Source: an uncultured delta proteobacterium
GTDB taxonomy: Bacteria > Desulfobacterota > RBG-13-43-22
Length of the DNA stretch: 64,000 nucleotides
Reading direction: 5' to 3'
Assembly: GCA_963802945.1 (NCBI GenBank)
Contig: CAWDKY010000015.1
Coordinates: 160,001-224,000, forward strand
A program made the position numbers and the translations under genes. Shown here in pieces: positions 1 to 9,742 of this stretch. Positions within the stretch are counted from its first letter, which is position 1, and each line of letters begins with the position of its first letter. The notes beneath the pieces were generated by a model. That model did no database searches. It was not told the DNA's origin and saw only the letters and a list, made by a program, of their open reading frames with translations.

Positions 1-2
1 AT

Positions 3-560
3 GAACCGGATATTCAAGAAAGCCATGCGGCCGATGAACAAATCAAGAAAATAGGCCTGAAGACCTCGGATATCAGCAAGATCATCTTATCCCATATGCA
101 TGCGGATCATACCGGAGGGCTGCAGTACTTCCCCGAGGCCGAGGTCTACGTTCAAAAAGACGAGTATGCTTATGCGAACCATCCAAACTCTTTTCAAGCC
201 TTGGCTTATTTAGCTGATACGTTCAATAGGCCGGGTATAAAATGGAAATTTCTGGAAGGGGATGAGGTCATTCTTCCCGGTCTGACCGTGATTATGGCCG
301 GTGGCCACACACCGGGACTTCAAGCTTTGGTCGTTGAACTCCCTCAAAGCGGTTTTTACATTCTTGGCGGAGATTCAGCCTACCTTAGAAAAAACATAGA
401 AAACAATATTCCACCGGGAAGCGCCTGGAATCCCGTTATAGGTCAGTATTCCATCAAGCGGTTAAAAGCCATTCAGAAGCTTCTGGATGCCCAATTTTTC
501 CCCGGACATGAGTTGGCCTTTTTTAAGGAGAATGTAAAAACCTATGAAGCTTATGTTTGA
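3..560 (+). CDS. N-acyl-homoserine-lactonase-like metallo-beta-lactamase-fold hydrolase (5' partial)
   Basis: Frame is open from the window edge (EPDIQESHAADEQIKKIGLKTSDISKIILSHMHADH). HxHxDH, GHTPG, GD and PGH motifs present. Confidence 0.85.
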   Translation, partial: EPDIQESHAADEQIKKIGLKTSDISKIILSHMHADHTGGLQYFPEAEVYVQKDEYAYANHPNSFQALAYLADTFNRPGIKWKFLEGDEVILPGLTVIMAGGHTPGLQALVVELPQSGFYILGGDSAYLRKNIENNIPPGSAWNPVIGQYSIKRLKAIQKLLDAQFFPGHELAFFKENVKTYEAYV

Positions 561-612
561 GAGGACACAGCGATTTATAAAGAATAACCCCTAATCAGAA
601 AGGAATGAGCTT

Positions 613-1410
613 ATGCGATTAAAGGATAAAGCAGCCGTTGTTACCGGAGGCGGAAACGGTATTGGCCGGGCCATCTGTTTAGCCTTTGCAGACGAGGGCG
701 CGGCCGTGGCGGTAACGGATATTGATGCCCAGGCCGCCAAGCGCGTGGCAGATGAAATTGTTAGGCATGGCGGCAGGGCAATTTCTATAAAAATGGACGT
801 TACGAATACCAGTGATGTGAACCAAGGGGTTGAACGAACCGTACAGGAATTGGGTAAGATTCACATCCTGGTCAACAATGCCGGCATCGAAGGCCACAGG
901 GCCAATATCTGGGAGGCAGACGACGGCGACTGGAGGAGAACGATCGAGGTGCATGTTTTTGGTAATTACAACTGCACAAAAGCCTTTCTTCCCAAGATCA
1001 TGGAGCAGAAATGGGGCAGAATCATTACTATGGCCTCGATTCAAGCCAAACAGGCCAGCGTTCAAAACAGCTCCTATACGGCAGCCAAACATGCGCTGGC
1101 CGGTATAACCAGAACGGTCGCCCATGAGGTGGCCATGGCCGGATATCCCGGGATAACGGTGAACGCCATCTGTCCCGGTATTGTGGCTACGGACCTTGTG
1201 CTGGGGGAGAAAGGCGCGCTGGCTCAAATAGCTGCTCAAATGCAAATACCGATCGAACAGGTCGTGGCCATTGCCAAATCCAAATGCCTCCAGAACCGGC
1301 TCCTTGAGGTTCAGGAAATTGCCGCTATGGCCGTATTTCTGGCCTCAGAAGACGCGAAGGGCATCACCGGCCAAGCCATCAATGTCTGCGGCGGCGCTGT
1401 GTTTCATTGA
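613..1410 (+). CDS. SDR family oxidoreductase
   Basis: TGGGNGIG, NNAG and YxxxK (YTAAK) motifs. Confidence 0.93.
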   Translation: MRLKDKAAVVTGGGNGIGRAICLAFADEGAAVAVTDIDAQAAKRVADEIVRHGGRAISIKMDVTNTSDVNQGVERTVQELGKIHILVNNAGIEGHRANIWEADDGDWRRTIEVHVFGNYNCTKAFLPKIMEQKWGRIITMASIQAKQASVQNSSYTAAKHALAGITRTVAHEVAMAGYPGITVNAICPGIVATDLVLGEKGALAQIAAQMQIPIEQVVAIAKSKCLQNRLLEVQEIAAMAVFLASEDAKGITGQAINVCGGAVFH

Positions 1411-1490
1411 GAAGCTGAGGTGTGTAGCCTGGTTAGAATATAAACCCAAACGTTGCATAAAAAACGTCAAAGATATTCATTGGGACACGC

Positions 1491-1538
1491 ATAAATCCCC
1501 CCTATCCCCCCTTTAGCAAAGGGGGGTAGGGGGGATTT
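1491..1538. repeat. REP-like GC-rich palindrome (possible terminator)
   Basis: aaatcccccctatcccccc...ggggggtagggggattt imperfect inverted repeat in the intergenic region. Confidence 0.6.
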
Positions 1539-1669
1539 GGCGATCGGAGGAAGTAACCTATAGTGATATCCTTCAACATAAACAAAATCACCAAACTAAT
1601 AAGTATAATGACCTGTTCAATGTGTTTTTGAACAAAATATATGCAACTGTGAGGTAAAGGAACTGCAAA

Positions 1670-2545
1670 TTGGATAGTCAACTGACCATAATTCCAATAT
1701 TGCTGCTCCATGGGTTGGTATATGGGATGCTCATATTCCTGGTAGCCTCCGGACTGACTCTGGTGCTGGGCTTGATGGACATACTCAACTTCGCCCATGT
1801 ATCCATTTATATGATCGGCGCCTTCATCTGCTTTCAAATAATTCAATGGACCAACAATTTTTGGCTGGCCCTTATCCTCTCACCGGTAGCCTGTGCCTTC
1901 CTGGGGGTCCTGATGGACCGTTTCCTCATAAGGAAGATACACGGGTCAGGACATCTGAATGAGCTTCTGGCCACCTTCGGACTCGCTATGGTAATCACTG
2001 AAGTCATTAACTGGATATATGGATCAACCCCTCTTTCCGTACAAACCCCTCGGCAATTATCAGGGTCCCTGCAATTGTGGTCAGACGTCCAATACCCCAT
2101 ATACCGTTTATTCATACTATCCTTGGCTGGATTGGTGCTGGCCTTCTTGTTCTATATTCTCAAGAAAACCCGTCTGGGGATTTCGATTAGAGCTTCCGTG
2201 GAGGACAGGGATATGGCCAGCGCTCTGGGGACCAATGTGGCGACCGTATCAACGGTGGTCATGGGAATCGGTGCCTGGCTGGCCGGCATCGCCGGGGTCA
2301 TCATCGCTCCTTACCTGAGTGTATACCCGGGCATGTATGCCGACATGATTACGGACTGCTTTGCGGTCATTGCGGTCGGCGGGCTGGGCAGCCTTGGGGG
2401 TGCCTTTGTCGCCGCTCTCCTCGTCGGACAGATTCAATCTTTGGGGGTCATATTCATCCCGAGGGTATCCATCGTACTCATTTATTTGCTCATGGCAGCC
2501 GTTTTTACATTTAAGCCCAGCGGGCTTTTTGGGAAGAAAGAATGA
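1670..2545 (+). CDS. livH: Branched-chain amino acid-type ABC transporter permease (LivH-like)
   Basis: GLTLVLGLMDILNFAH and GGLGS motifs; hydrophobic; TTG start after an RBS. Confidence 0.9.
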   Translation: MDSQLTIIPILLLHGLVYGMLIFLVASGLTLVLGLMDILNFAHVSIYMIGAFICFQIIQWTNNFWLALILSPVACAFLGVLMDRFLIRKIHGSGHLNELLATFGLAMVITEVINWIYGSTPLSVQTPRQLSGSLQLWSDVQYPIYRLFILSLAGLVLAFLFYILKKTRLGISIRASVEDRDMASALGTNVATVSTVVMGIGAWLAGIAGVIIAPYLSVYPGMYADMITDCFAVIAVGGLGSLGGAFVAALLVGQIQSLGVIFIPRVSIVLIYLLMAAVFTFKPSGLFGKKE

Positions 2546-3519
2546 AACCCTCTATCAATCGCTTGGGTCAACTGCTGTTCGTTGTGACCATAGTCATTTT
2601 TCCCATGATAGGGCCTAAGTTCCACACCTACATGCTCACCGAATGCTTTATCTATTCCATGGTTGCCGTAAGCTACTATATGTTGCTCGGGCATACGGGA
2701 TTGATGTCCTTCGGCCATGCGGCCTTATTTGGGACCGGAGCCTATGCCGCAGCGATCGTCCTTTGTAATTTCCCCGATCTTCCGATTGTCCTGGCGATTC
2801 TCATTGGCGGACTCTTCGGGCTGCTCTGTGGATTTCTGATGGGATCACTGGTTCTCAGACTTAACAAAATTTATTTAGCCTTCGGGACCTTGGCCATAGG
2901 CCAGATGGTCTGGGCTGTCGCCTGGAAGTGGAGGAGTCTCACGGGTGGAGACGATGGCTTGACGGGCTGGTCGGATAGGCAGGTGGCCTTTCCCTGGCTT
3001 GGACAGTTCAACTTGACCAGCATCTCTTTCCTATATTATTTTGTTCTTTTTTTTGCCGTTGTTTCAATTTTATCCTGCTGGTTTCTTACCCGGACGCCTC
3101 TCGGTCAAACACTCTCCAGTATAAGATCAAACCGGAACAGGGCTGACTTCCTCGGCATTAACGTCAATCAGGCCAAACTCTTCGTCTTCGGTTTTTCGGG
3201 GCTGATCGCCGGCCTATCCGGGGCTCTGTTCATCCTGTTCAAAAAGGTGGCCTCCCCCCACTATCTCGATATGTACACTTCTTTCGACATTTTGATCATG
3301 TGCGTTATCGGGGGCTATGCCAAATTTGCCGGCCCAATCGTAGGATCTTTTATCTACGTTTACCTCGTAGAGTATCTCAGCTCTTTTACGGAGAGATGGC
3401 AGTTGATCATGGGCGCTTTCTTCCTGCTGCTTATTCTCTTCTACCCCAAGGGGGTCGTGGGAATGGTGCAGCAGTTTTTAGTAAAAGGGTCTTTTCAGAA
3501 ACCAAAAAGGGGATCCTGA
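2542..3519 (+). CDS. livM: Branched-chain amino acid-type ABC transporter permease (LivM-like)
   Basis: GHTGLMSFGHAALFG, TGGDDG and PKGVVG motifs; ATGA overlap with the upstream gene. Confidence 0.9.
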   Translation: MKPSINRLGQLLFVVTIVIFPMIGPKFHTYMLTECFIYSMVAVSYYMLLGHTGLMSFGHAALFGTGAYAAAIVLCNFPDLPIVLAILIGGLFGLLCGFLMGSLVLRLNKIYLAFGTLAIGQMVWAVAWKWRSLTGGDDGLTGWSDRQVAFPWLGQFNLTSISFLYYFVLFFAVVSILSCWFLTRTPLGQTLSSIRSNRNRADFLGINVNQAKLFVFGFSGLIAGLSGALFILFKKVASPHYLDMYTSFDILIMCVIGGYAKFAGPIVGSFIYVYLVEYLSSFTERWQLIMGAFFLLLILFYPKGVVGMVQQFLVKGSFQKPKRGS

Positions 3520-3524
3520 CCAAC

Positions 3525-4271
3525 ATGTTGACTCTACGTGGTATCTCGAAATATTTTGGTCGCTTAGCGGTGATTCTTAACGTCGACTTGGAAATCGTCA
3601 AAGGAGAAAGGCACGCCCTTATCGGACCCAACGGGGCGGGGAAAAGCACGCTCTTCAATCTGATCACGGGACATTACAAGCCCTCAGGCGGCATCATTCA
3701 ATTCAAAGATAAACGAATAGACAAGTTGGCGCCGTACTCAATTATTCGGATGGGTATTGCCCGGTCCTTCCAGATCATTGATATTTTCAGGGATATGACA
3801 GTTTATGAAAACATTAGGATCGCTGTGGTGGCCAAACACCGTTTGAGTCTCAATTTCACCAGCCGACTCTCGAGCCTGTCAAGCATACGGGAAGAGACCG
3901 AAACCGTTTTAAGTCGGTTTAATCTCTCCGCCTTCCGGGACGAGCCTGCGGGAACACTCGGTTACAGCCAACAGAGAGCCTTGGAAGTCGGTCTCGCTGT
4001 GGCTCTTGATCCAGAACTTCTTCTTCTTGACGAACCGGGAGCAGGGCTCTCGCCGGATGAGACGAGGGACATTGTTAAGCTGGTAAAAGAGGTGACGACG
4101 GGTAGAACCCTTTTTATAGTGGAGCATGACATGGACGTGGTTTTTGGGTTGGCCGATAGAATTAGTGTTCTCAACTACGGTACCATTCTGGCCACAGGAA
4201 CACCCGACGAAATCAGGGGGAACGAGGTGGTGAAAGAAGTCTACTTAGGTGATCTGATGGAAAGAAAATAA
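3525..4271 (+). CDS. livG: ABC transporter ATP-binding protein (LivG-like)
   Basis: Walker A GPNGAGKS, LLLDEP and VEHDM motifs; likely start is ATG 3525. Confidence 0.92.
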   Translation: MLTLRGISKYFGRLAVILNVDLEIVKGERHALIGPNGAGKSTLFNLITGHYKPSGGIIQFKDKRIDKLAPYSIIRMGIARSFQIIDIFRDMTVYENIRIAVVAKHRLSLNFTSRLSSLSSIREETETVLSRFNLSAFRDEPAGTLGYSQQRALEVGLAVALDPELLLLDEPGAGLSPDETRDIVKLVKEVTTGRTLFIVEHDMDVVFGLADRISVLNYGTILATGTPDEIRGNEVVKEVYLGDLMERK

Positions 4272-4287
4272 GCAACCCGAGGATGAG

Positions 4288-5001
4288 ATGATGCTGTTAA
4301 AAGTTAAGGAAATCCATACCTATTACGACAATAGCCACATACTCGACGGGGTCAGTCTGGAGGTAGCAGAGGGAGAAACCGTAGCCATCCTGGGCAGAAA
4401 CGGCGTTGGGAAATCGACCACATTGAAGAGCATTATGGGCCTGGTTCCGCCGCAAAGGGGGTCTATCCTGTTCAAGAACGAAGAGGTGGCCCGTAAAGCG
4501 GCGTTTAGAATCGCCCGGAAGGGGATTGGTTACGTTCCAGAGGAAAGAAGGATATTTCCCGGCCTTACGGTAAGGGAAAACCTTATTATGGGGTTCAAAA
4601 AGGGGATGGGGCAAGATACGAAGAGCAAGGAGGCTATAGACAGAATGTATAGCTGGTTTCCGCAATTGAGGGATAGGGACACCACCCTGGCAGGAAATCT
4701 TTCCGGGGGAGAGCAGCAGATGCTTACTCTCGTAAGAACACTACTGGGGGAACCGGAGTTGGTGTTGATCGATGAGCCATCGGAAGGACTGGCTCCGAAG
4801 GTGACGGAACTTATTTTCGATATGATTAGAGAAATACAGCTCCAAGGGAAATCAGTGATCCTTGTGGACCGGAACTTGACCTATACCTGTGGGATGGCCG
4901 AGCGTGTCTATATCATGATTAAGGGCGCTATAGCTTTCACCGGAACCGGCAAGGAAGTATTGGAAAGTGAAGAGGTTCAGCACAAGTATCTGGCGGTTTA
5001 G
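4288..5001 (+). CDS. livF: ABC transporter ATP-binding protein (LivF-like)
   Basis: GRNGVGKS, LSGGEQQM and DEPSEGLAP motifs. Confidence 0.92.
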   Translation: MMLLKVKEIHTYYDNSHILDGVSLEVAEGETVAILGRNGVGKSTTLKSIMGLVPPQRGSILFKNEEVARKAAFRIARKGIGYVPEERRIFPGLTVRENLIMGFKKGMGQDTKSKEAIDRMYSWFPQLRDRDTTLAGNLSGGEQQMLTLVRTLLGEPELVLIDEPSEGLAPKVTELIFDMIREIQLQGKSVILVDRNLTYTCGMAERVYIMIKGAIAFTGTGKEVLESEEVQHKYLAV

Positions 5002-5122
5002 CCAAAAAGCTGCGGGCGGAAAAATCCACATTAATCCGCAAGGAGTATTGGAAAGTGAAGAGATTCATCATAGGGTTTCCTATGTATCTATCGGCTTAGC
5101 CGAAAATTTCAGGAGGTGTACT

Positions 5123-6331
5123 ATGAAACGTTTTGCAGTAGGGTTTCTGTTTGTTTTTTGTATGGTTATGTTGTTTTCAGCCGTTGTCTGGGCGGGGGAA
5201 GCAAAGCCCATCAGAATCCTTGGCCTCTACCCTCTTTCCGGAGGGACGAAAGCCTTCTCAGAGCAAGTAACCCTTGGTTTAAAACTTGCTATAGAAGAGG
5301 CGAATGCCCAAGGAGGGGTTTTAGGGCGGAAGATAGAGCTTATCCTTGAAGACAATTTACTTAAGCCCGAGGTAGCCTCATCTAAAGCTCAGAAATATCT
5401 GCTTGATGAAAAGGTGGATATACTCGTAGGTGCTGGATCCAACGTAATCAAACCGCTCCAGGACCTCGCCAAACAGTATAATGTGCTCTTAGTTATTTTT
5501 AGCCACGCCGACGAGGAAACCGGGAAGAACTTCAGCTACAATTCAATCAGACCTACCCTAAGTAATTCGATGTTGGCCCGGGCCAATGTGGCCTACGCAG
5601 CAAAATACCTGAAAGCAAAAAAGTTTTACATCCTCAATCAAGATTATATATACGGGCGTGATGCCGGGGCAAACTTCAAAAAGGAACTGGCCCGGCAGAT
5701 ACCCGGATCTCAGATTGTGGGAGAAGACTACCATCCTCTCATGTCGAAGGATCTTTCTCCTTTCCTGACCAAGGTAAAGATGTCGGGTGCTGAAGTTCTT
5801 TACTCGAGTGATTGGGGTCTTGACATTAGTGTCCTCGTTAAGCAACGTCATGAATTGGGGATAACGGCAGTCCTCATAGGACCGTCACTGGCAGATGTAA
5901 CGGTCCTTCGGGAGAGCCCGGAGGGTGCCCTCGGAGCCAATTCCTGCGCAACTTGGTTTGATACGGACCCTGCGAAAGCAAGTGTCGAATTCATCAATAG
6001 CTGGAAAAAATTAATCAAAAGCAATGAATTCCCTATACCAACTGTTATGAGTGCCAGAGAATACATAGGTGCGAAATTTCTTCTTGAGGGCATTAAAAAG
6101 GCCGGTTCTACTGAAGCCAAGAAGCTCATACCGGCGCTTGAAGGCCTTCATATGAAGTCGATCACCGGAGAGGTATTTATGAGGACCTGTGACCACCAGC
6201 TTATTATGCCTATCCAGTGCGTCACGATTGACAAAAAAAATCCGCCCTACTTCGGTGTACCGGTCACCATACCGGCTTCCGTAACCATGATAGATGAACG
6301 GGACGTCGACAACCCGCGATGCAAAAGGTAG
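5123..6331 (+). CDS. ABC transporter substrate-binding protein (LivJ/Peripla_BP_6 type)
   Basis: AGGAGG RBS then ATG 5123; signal peptide; GGVLGRKIEL motif. Confidence 0.9.
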   Translation: MKRFAVGFLFVFCMVMLFSAVVWAGEAKPIRILGLYPLSGGTKAFSEQVTLGLKLAIEEANAQGGVLGRKIELILEDNLLKPEVASSKAQKYLLDEKVDILVGAGSNVIKPLQDLAKQYNVLLVIFSHADEETGKNFSYNSIRPTLSNSMLARANVAYAAKYLKAKKFYILNQDYIYGRDAGANFKKELARQIPGSQIVGEDYHPLMSKDLSPFLTKVKMSGAEVLYSSDWGLDISVLVKQRHELGITAVLIGPSLADVTVLRESPEGALGANSCATWFDTDPAKASVEFINSWKKLIKSNEFPIPTVMSAREYIGAKFLLEGIKKAGSTEAKKLIPALEGLHMKSITGEVFMRTCDHQLIMPIQCVTIDKKNPPYFGVPVTIPASVTMIDERDVDNPRCKR

Positions 6332-6356
6332 GTCAAGACTTAAAAATATTAGGTAA

Positions 6357-6507
6357 TTCTCATCCGGAAAAGACCTTTCCGGATGAGAACACACAGCTGC
6401 CGGCCATCATCTATGGCCAGAAACCCTTTGAAAAAGGGTTTCTGGCGAGAGCTTCATGCGGAAATCCAGGTGTTTCCATCCGGAAATTTGAATTTCCGGA
6501 TGGAAAC
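6357..6507. repeat. Paired CATCCGGAAA...TTTCCGGATG palindromes (REP/MITE-like)
   Basis: Two hairpins at 6357-6389 and 6472-6507; a related pair lies at 54136-54278. Confidence 0.7.
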
Positions 6508-6519
6508 TAGGTAGGACCT

Positions 6520-6941
6520 GCTACACCAGCCGGTGGGTGTCTAATGGCGACATGGCCAAGGTTGTGGAAACCAATCCTGACCGGTTTATGTACCAATGGA
6601 TAATATCGAATATTTTAAGGAGAACGATTTTATGAAACAACCCCTGTGGGTGCCATCCGAGGAAAGAAAAAAGAATTCAAACATGACACGTTTCATGGGG
6701 TATGTGAATAGACGATTCAATAAGGAGTTTACAGGATATTTCGATCTTTATGACTGGTCAGTTAAAAATATTCCCGATTTCTGGACCAGTGTTTGGGATT
6801 TCTTGGAAATCAAGGCATCGAGGAAGTACCATAAGGTAGTGGATGATTTAAGCAAGTTCCCCGGCGCTCAGTGGTTTGTCGGGGCCGAGCTCAACTTTGC
6901 CGAGAACCTCCTGCGATACCGGGATGAAGAGGTTGCCATTG
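6520..6941 (+). repeat. 422-bp direct repeat of 9627-10048
   Basis: Colinear at offset 3107, with roughly a dozen substitutions by eye. Confidence 0.95.
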
Positions 6942-6973
6942 CACGTTTTCTGTACATTACTAAGACCATTTAG
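6632..6973 (+). pseudogene. Truncated 5' copy of acetoacetate-CoA ligase
   Basis: Near-identical to the first ~103 aa of 9739..11691, then an unrelated tail and stop. Confidence 0.9.
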
Positions 6974-6994
6974 AATAAAAAGGAGAATAAGGAC

Positions 6995-7879
6995 ATGCCA
7001 AACCTAAAAGCTAATGGGATTCAGATCGAGTATGATACCTTTGGAGACAAAGCCTCAACACCTCTTTTACTCATTACGGGAGTAGGCTGCCAGATGGTAT
7101 TTTGGAATGAGGAATTTTGTCAAAGACTGGCGGACCATGGTCTTTATGTTATCCGTTTCGATAATAGAGATGTTGGGCTCTCTACTAAATTTGAGGAGGC
7201 TGGTATGCCTGATGTTGTGGCTACACTAACGGCTTCCCTTCAGGATCAGAAAGTCAAGGTCCCATACAGTCTCGACGACATGGCAGATGACGCCGTTGGT
7301 TTACTGGATGTTTTGGGGATTGATAAAGCCCACATCTGTGGAGCCTCAATGGGTGCAGCCATCGCGCAAATAATCGGCTACAGACACCCTTCCAGGGTTT
7401 TGAGTTTGATTTCAATAATGGGATCTACGAACAATCCTGACCTTCCTCAAGCCAAACCAGAGCTCATAAAATTACTTCTTGCCCCTGCCCCCGAGGAAAG
7501 AGAGGAACATATTAATAGTGTTTTAAATGGGTTACATTTTTTATGGGGTTCTCTGGCTTTTGATGAAGAAGACATGCGAAAAAGGGCCGAGCTTGAGTTC
7601 GATAGAGCGTTCTACCCACAAGGGATGGCGCGACAGATGGTCGCTATTTTATCCCACGGTAATCGTAAACCCAGACTGAATTCAGTAGCTGCTCCAACTC
7701 TTGTCATACATGGTGCTGAAGATCCGCTTGTACCTTTGGAAGCAGGCAAAGATACTGCCGAGGCCATACCTGGGGCAGAGTTATTAATTATTGATAGGAT
7801 GGGCCATTGCTTGCCAAGAGAGGCCTGGCCCCAAATTATTAAAGCTATTGTAGAACATATCCAAAAAGTGGCTTACTAA
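6995..7879 (+). CDS. Alpha/beta-fold hydrolase
   Basis: GASMG nucleophile elbow; FDNRDVG, HGAEDPL and MGH motifs. Confidence 0.92.
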   Translation: MPNLKANGIQIEYDTFGDKASTPLLLITGVGCQMVFWNEEFCQRLADHGLYVIRFDNRDVGLSTKFEEAGMPDVVATLTASLQDQKVKVPYSLDDMADDAVGLLDVLGIDKAHICGASMGAAIAQIIGYRHPSRVLSLISIMGSTNNPDLPQAKPELIKLLLAPAPEEREEHINSVLNGLHFLWGSLAFDEEDMRKRAELEFDRAFYPQGMARQMVAILSHGNRKPRLNSVAAPTLVIHGAEDPLVPLEAGKDTAEAIPGAELLIIDRMGHCLPREAWPQIIKAIVEHIQKVAY

Positions 7880-8143
7880 TAAAAAGAGCTAGATACTGTA
7901 AAAAGAATAGGTTGACGATTCAAATAAAAAATTATTTTGATGTATTATTTTTTCCCCTTCGCGAGCGCCGGTTCTTTTGTTGCGGATCTTTTCAGCCTTC
8001 TGCTGAAGAGGATTTTTTCCATTTTGGAAGGCCTCCACCTTCTCAGCCAAAAGACGCCAGGCCAGGAAACGGTTTAAGGCCTGGGATCGCTCCTGGCTAA
8101 AAAGGCTAAACCACACAACAACCAAGTACTAAAAGGGGGATCT

Positions 8144-9397
8144 ATGAAGAGTAATGTGAAAAGTTCAGGGACAGGAATCAATCGAAGGGACTTTTTGAAA
8201 GGCACTGCCGCGGCCGCGGCTGCAGCTGCCGTCTCGGGACCTTTTTCCCTGGTCCGGGCCGCCGGCCCTGAGATTCGGATCGGTATGACCCTTACTTATT
8301 CAGGGGTTTATGCCATGATTGGGAAACGGGTGGAGAATGGCATCAGACTGGCTTTTGCCTTATCCAAGTACAAGGACCAGGTCAAGTTTTTTGCCGAGGA
8401 TACCCAAGGGAAACCTAATGTGGCCATTGAAAAGGCCCAGAAGCTTTTCGAGAAAGAAAATATACATATGCTGGCCGGACCTATCGCCGGACATGAATCT
8501 CTGGCGGTCAGCGAGATGCTCAAGCCGAAAAAGAAGCTCATGCTGCTGCCTTACGGGGCCAATCTCAAATTGTGCGGGGAGTCCTGCAGCCGCTACACCT
8601 TCCTTTGTGGCCACACCCCCTGGAATCAGAGCTACCCGGCCGTGGATTGGTTCCTGAAGACGCTGGGCAAAAAAGTCTATTTGATCGGGGCCGATTATTC
8701 CACCGGCCACGAAATCGTTAAATTCTTCAAGGAACCCTTTGAGAAAAAAGGCGGTCAGGTGGTCGGGTCATTCTTCGCACCCTTGGGAACAACCGAGTTT
8801 GCCCCTTATCTGACCAAAATCAAGAGTGCCAGTCCCAAACCGGATGGTATCTTTGGTTTTCTCGGTGGAAATGATCTGATCAATTTTGTCAAACAATATG
8901 CCGAATTCGGCCTCCAGAAAGAAAAAATTCCCATCATAGTTGGTATAGGCGGTTTCAGCCCGGTTATAGTTCCGGCCATGGCCGAAGCCGCCATTGGGAA
9001 CTACCATGTTTTTCATTACAGCATCTTTTTGGAAAACAAAGAAAATGAGGCCTTTAAAGCCGCTTATACCAAAATGTTCCCCGGTGAAATTCCGGATGAA
9101 GCCGTGCTTCTGGGCTACGAAGCAGGAACTATGATGGTCAAAGGATTGGAGGCCTCAGGAGGCAATCCGGAAGACACGGAAAAAATCATCAATGGGATTG
9201 AAAAAGTGAATTACCGAAGTCCGAGGGGTCACATCAAGATGGATCCCAACCATGTGGCCAACGTCCCCATATATATCTTCCAGGTGGTCAAACAGGACGG
9301 GAAGTATATTCTCAAAACCGCGGCCTATACGGGTAATTTCGGCACCCCCTATTCAGGACCGGATGCCCCCGGCGGGGAATGCAAAATGGGTAAGTAG
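8144..9397 (+). CDS. Tat-exported ABC substrate-binding protein (LivJ-like, aromatic/organic-acid type)
   Basis: Twin-arginine signal NRRDFLKG; Peripla_BP_6-like motifs (DYSTG, SPRG). Confidence 0.88.
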   Translation: MKSNVKSSGTGINRRDFLKGTAAAAAAAAVSGPFSLVRAAGPEIRIGMTLTYSGVYAMIGKRVENGIRLAFALSKYKDQVKFFAEDTQGKPNVAIEKAQKLFEKENIHMLAGPIAGHESLAVSEMLKPKKKLMLLPYGANLKLCGESCSRYTFLCGHTPWNQSYPAVDWFLKTLGKKVYLIGADYSTGHEIVKFFKEPFEKKGGQVVGSFFAPLGTTEFAPYLTKIKSASPKPDGIFGFLGGNDLINFVKQYAEFGLQKEKIPIIVGIGGFSPVIVPAMAEAAIGNYHVFHYSIFLENKENEAFKAAYTKMFPGEIPDEAVLLGYEAGTMMVKGLEASGGNPEDTEKIINGIEKVNYRSPRGHIKMDPNHVANVPIYIFQVVKQDGKYILKTAAYTGNFGTPYSGPDAPGGECKMGK

Positions 9398-9565
9398 GCT
9401 TTGTGCAAAAATAAGTTCGGAGTTTAGAGACTTCGGCGAGCCCGTCGACAAGACCATCGGCGAGCTTAGGTCGAGTCCGCTTAGGGCCTTGAGTTAATCG
9501 AAAAGGCTCAGTCGAGTCGTTCGGAGTTCGGAAAAAACCTTTTTCATGATTCATGGCGCCCTGCG

Positions 9566-9742
9566 ATGGATAAATATGGCGTGGATATCGCCTGTCTCCT
9601 GCCGGAGGCCATGATGGATACGACGGGCTACACCAGCCGGTGGGTGTCTAATGGCGACAGGGCCAAGGTTGTGGAAACCAATCCCGATCGGTTTATGTAC
9701 CCATTGATAATATCGAATATTTTAAGGAGAACGATTTCATGA
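9566..9742 (+). pseudogene. Amidohydrolase-2 family internal fragment
   Basis: Translates MDKYGVDIACLLPEAMMDTTGYTSRWVSNGDRAKVVETNPDRFMY, resembling the MDxxGVD...N...PDRF segment of that family. Confidence 0.6.
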
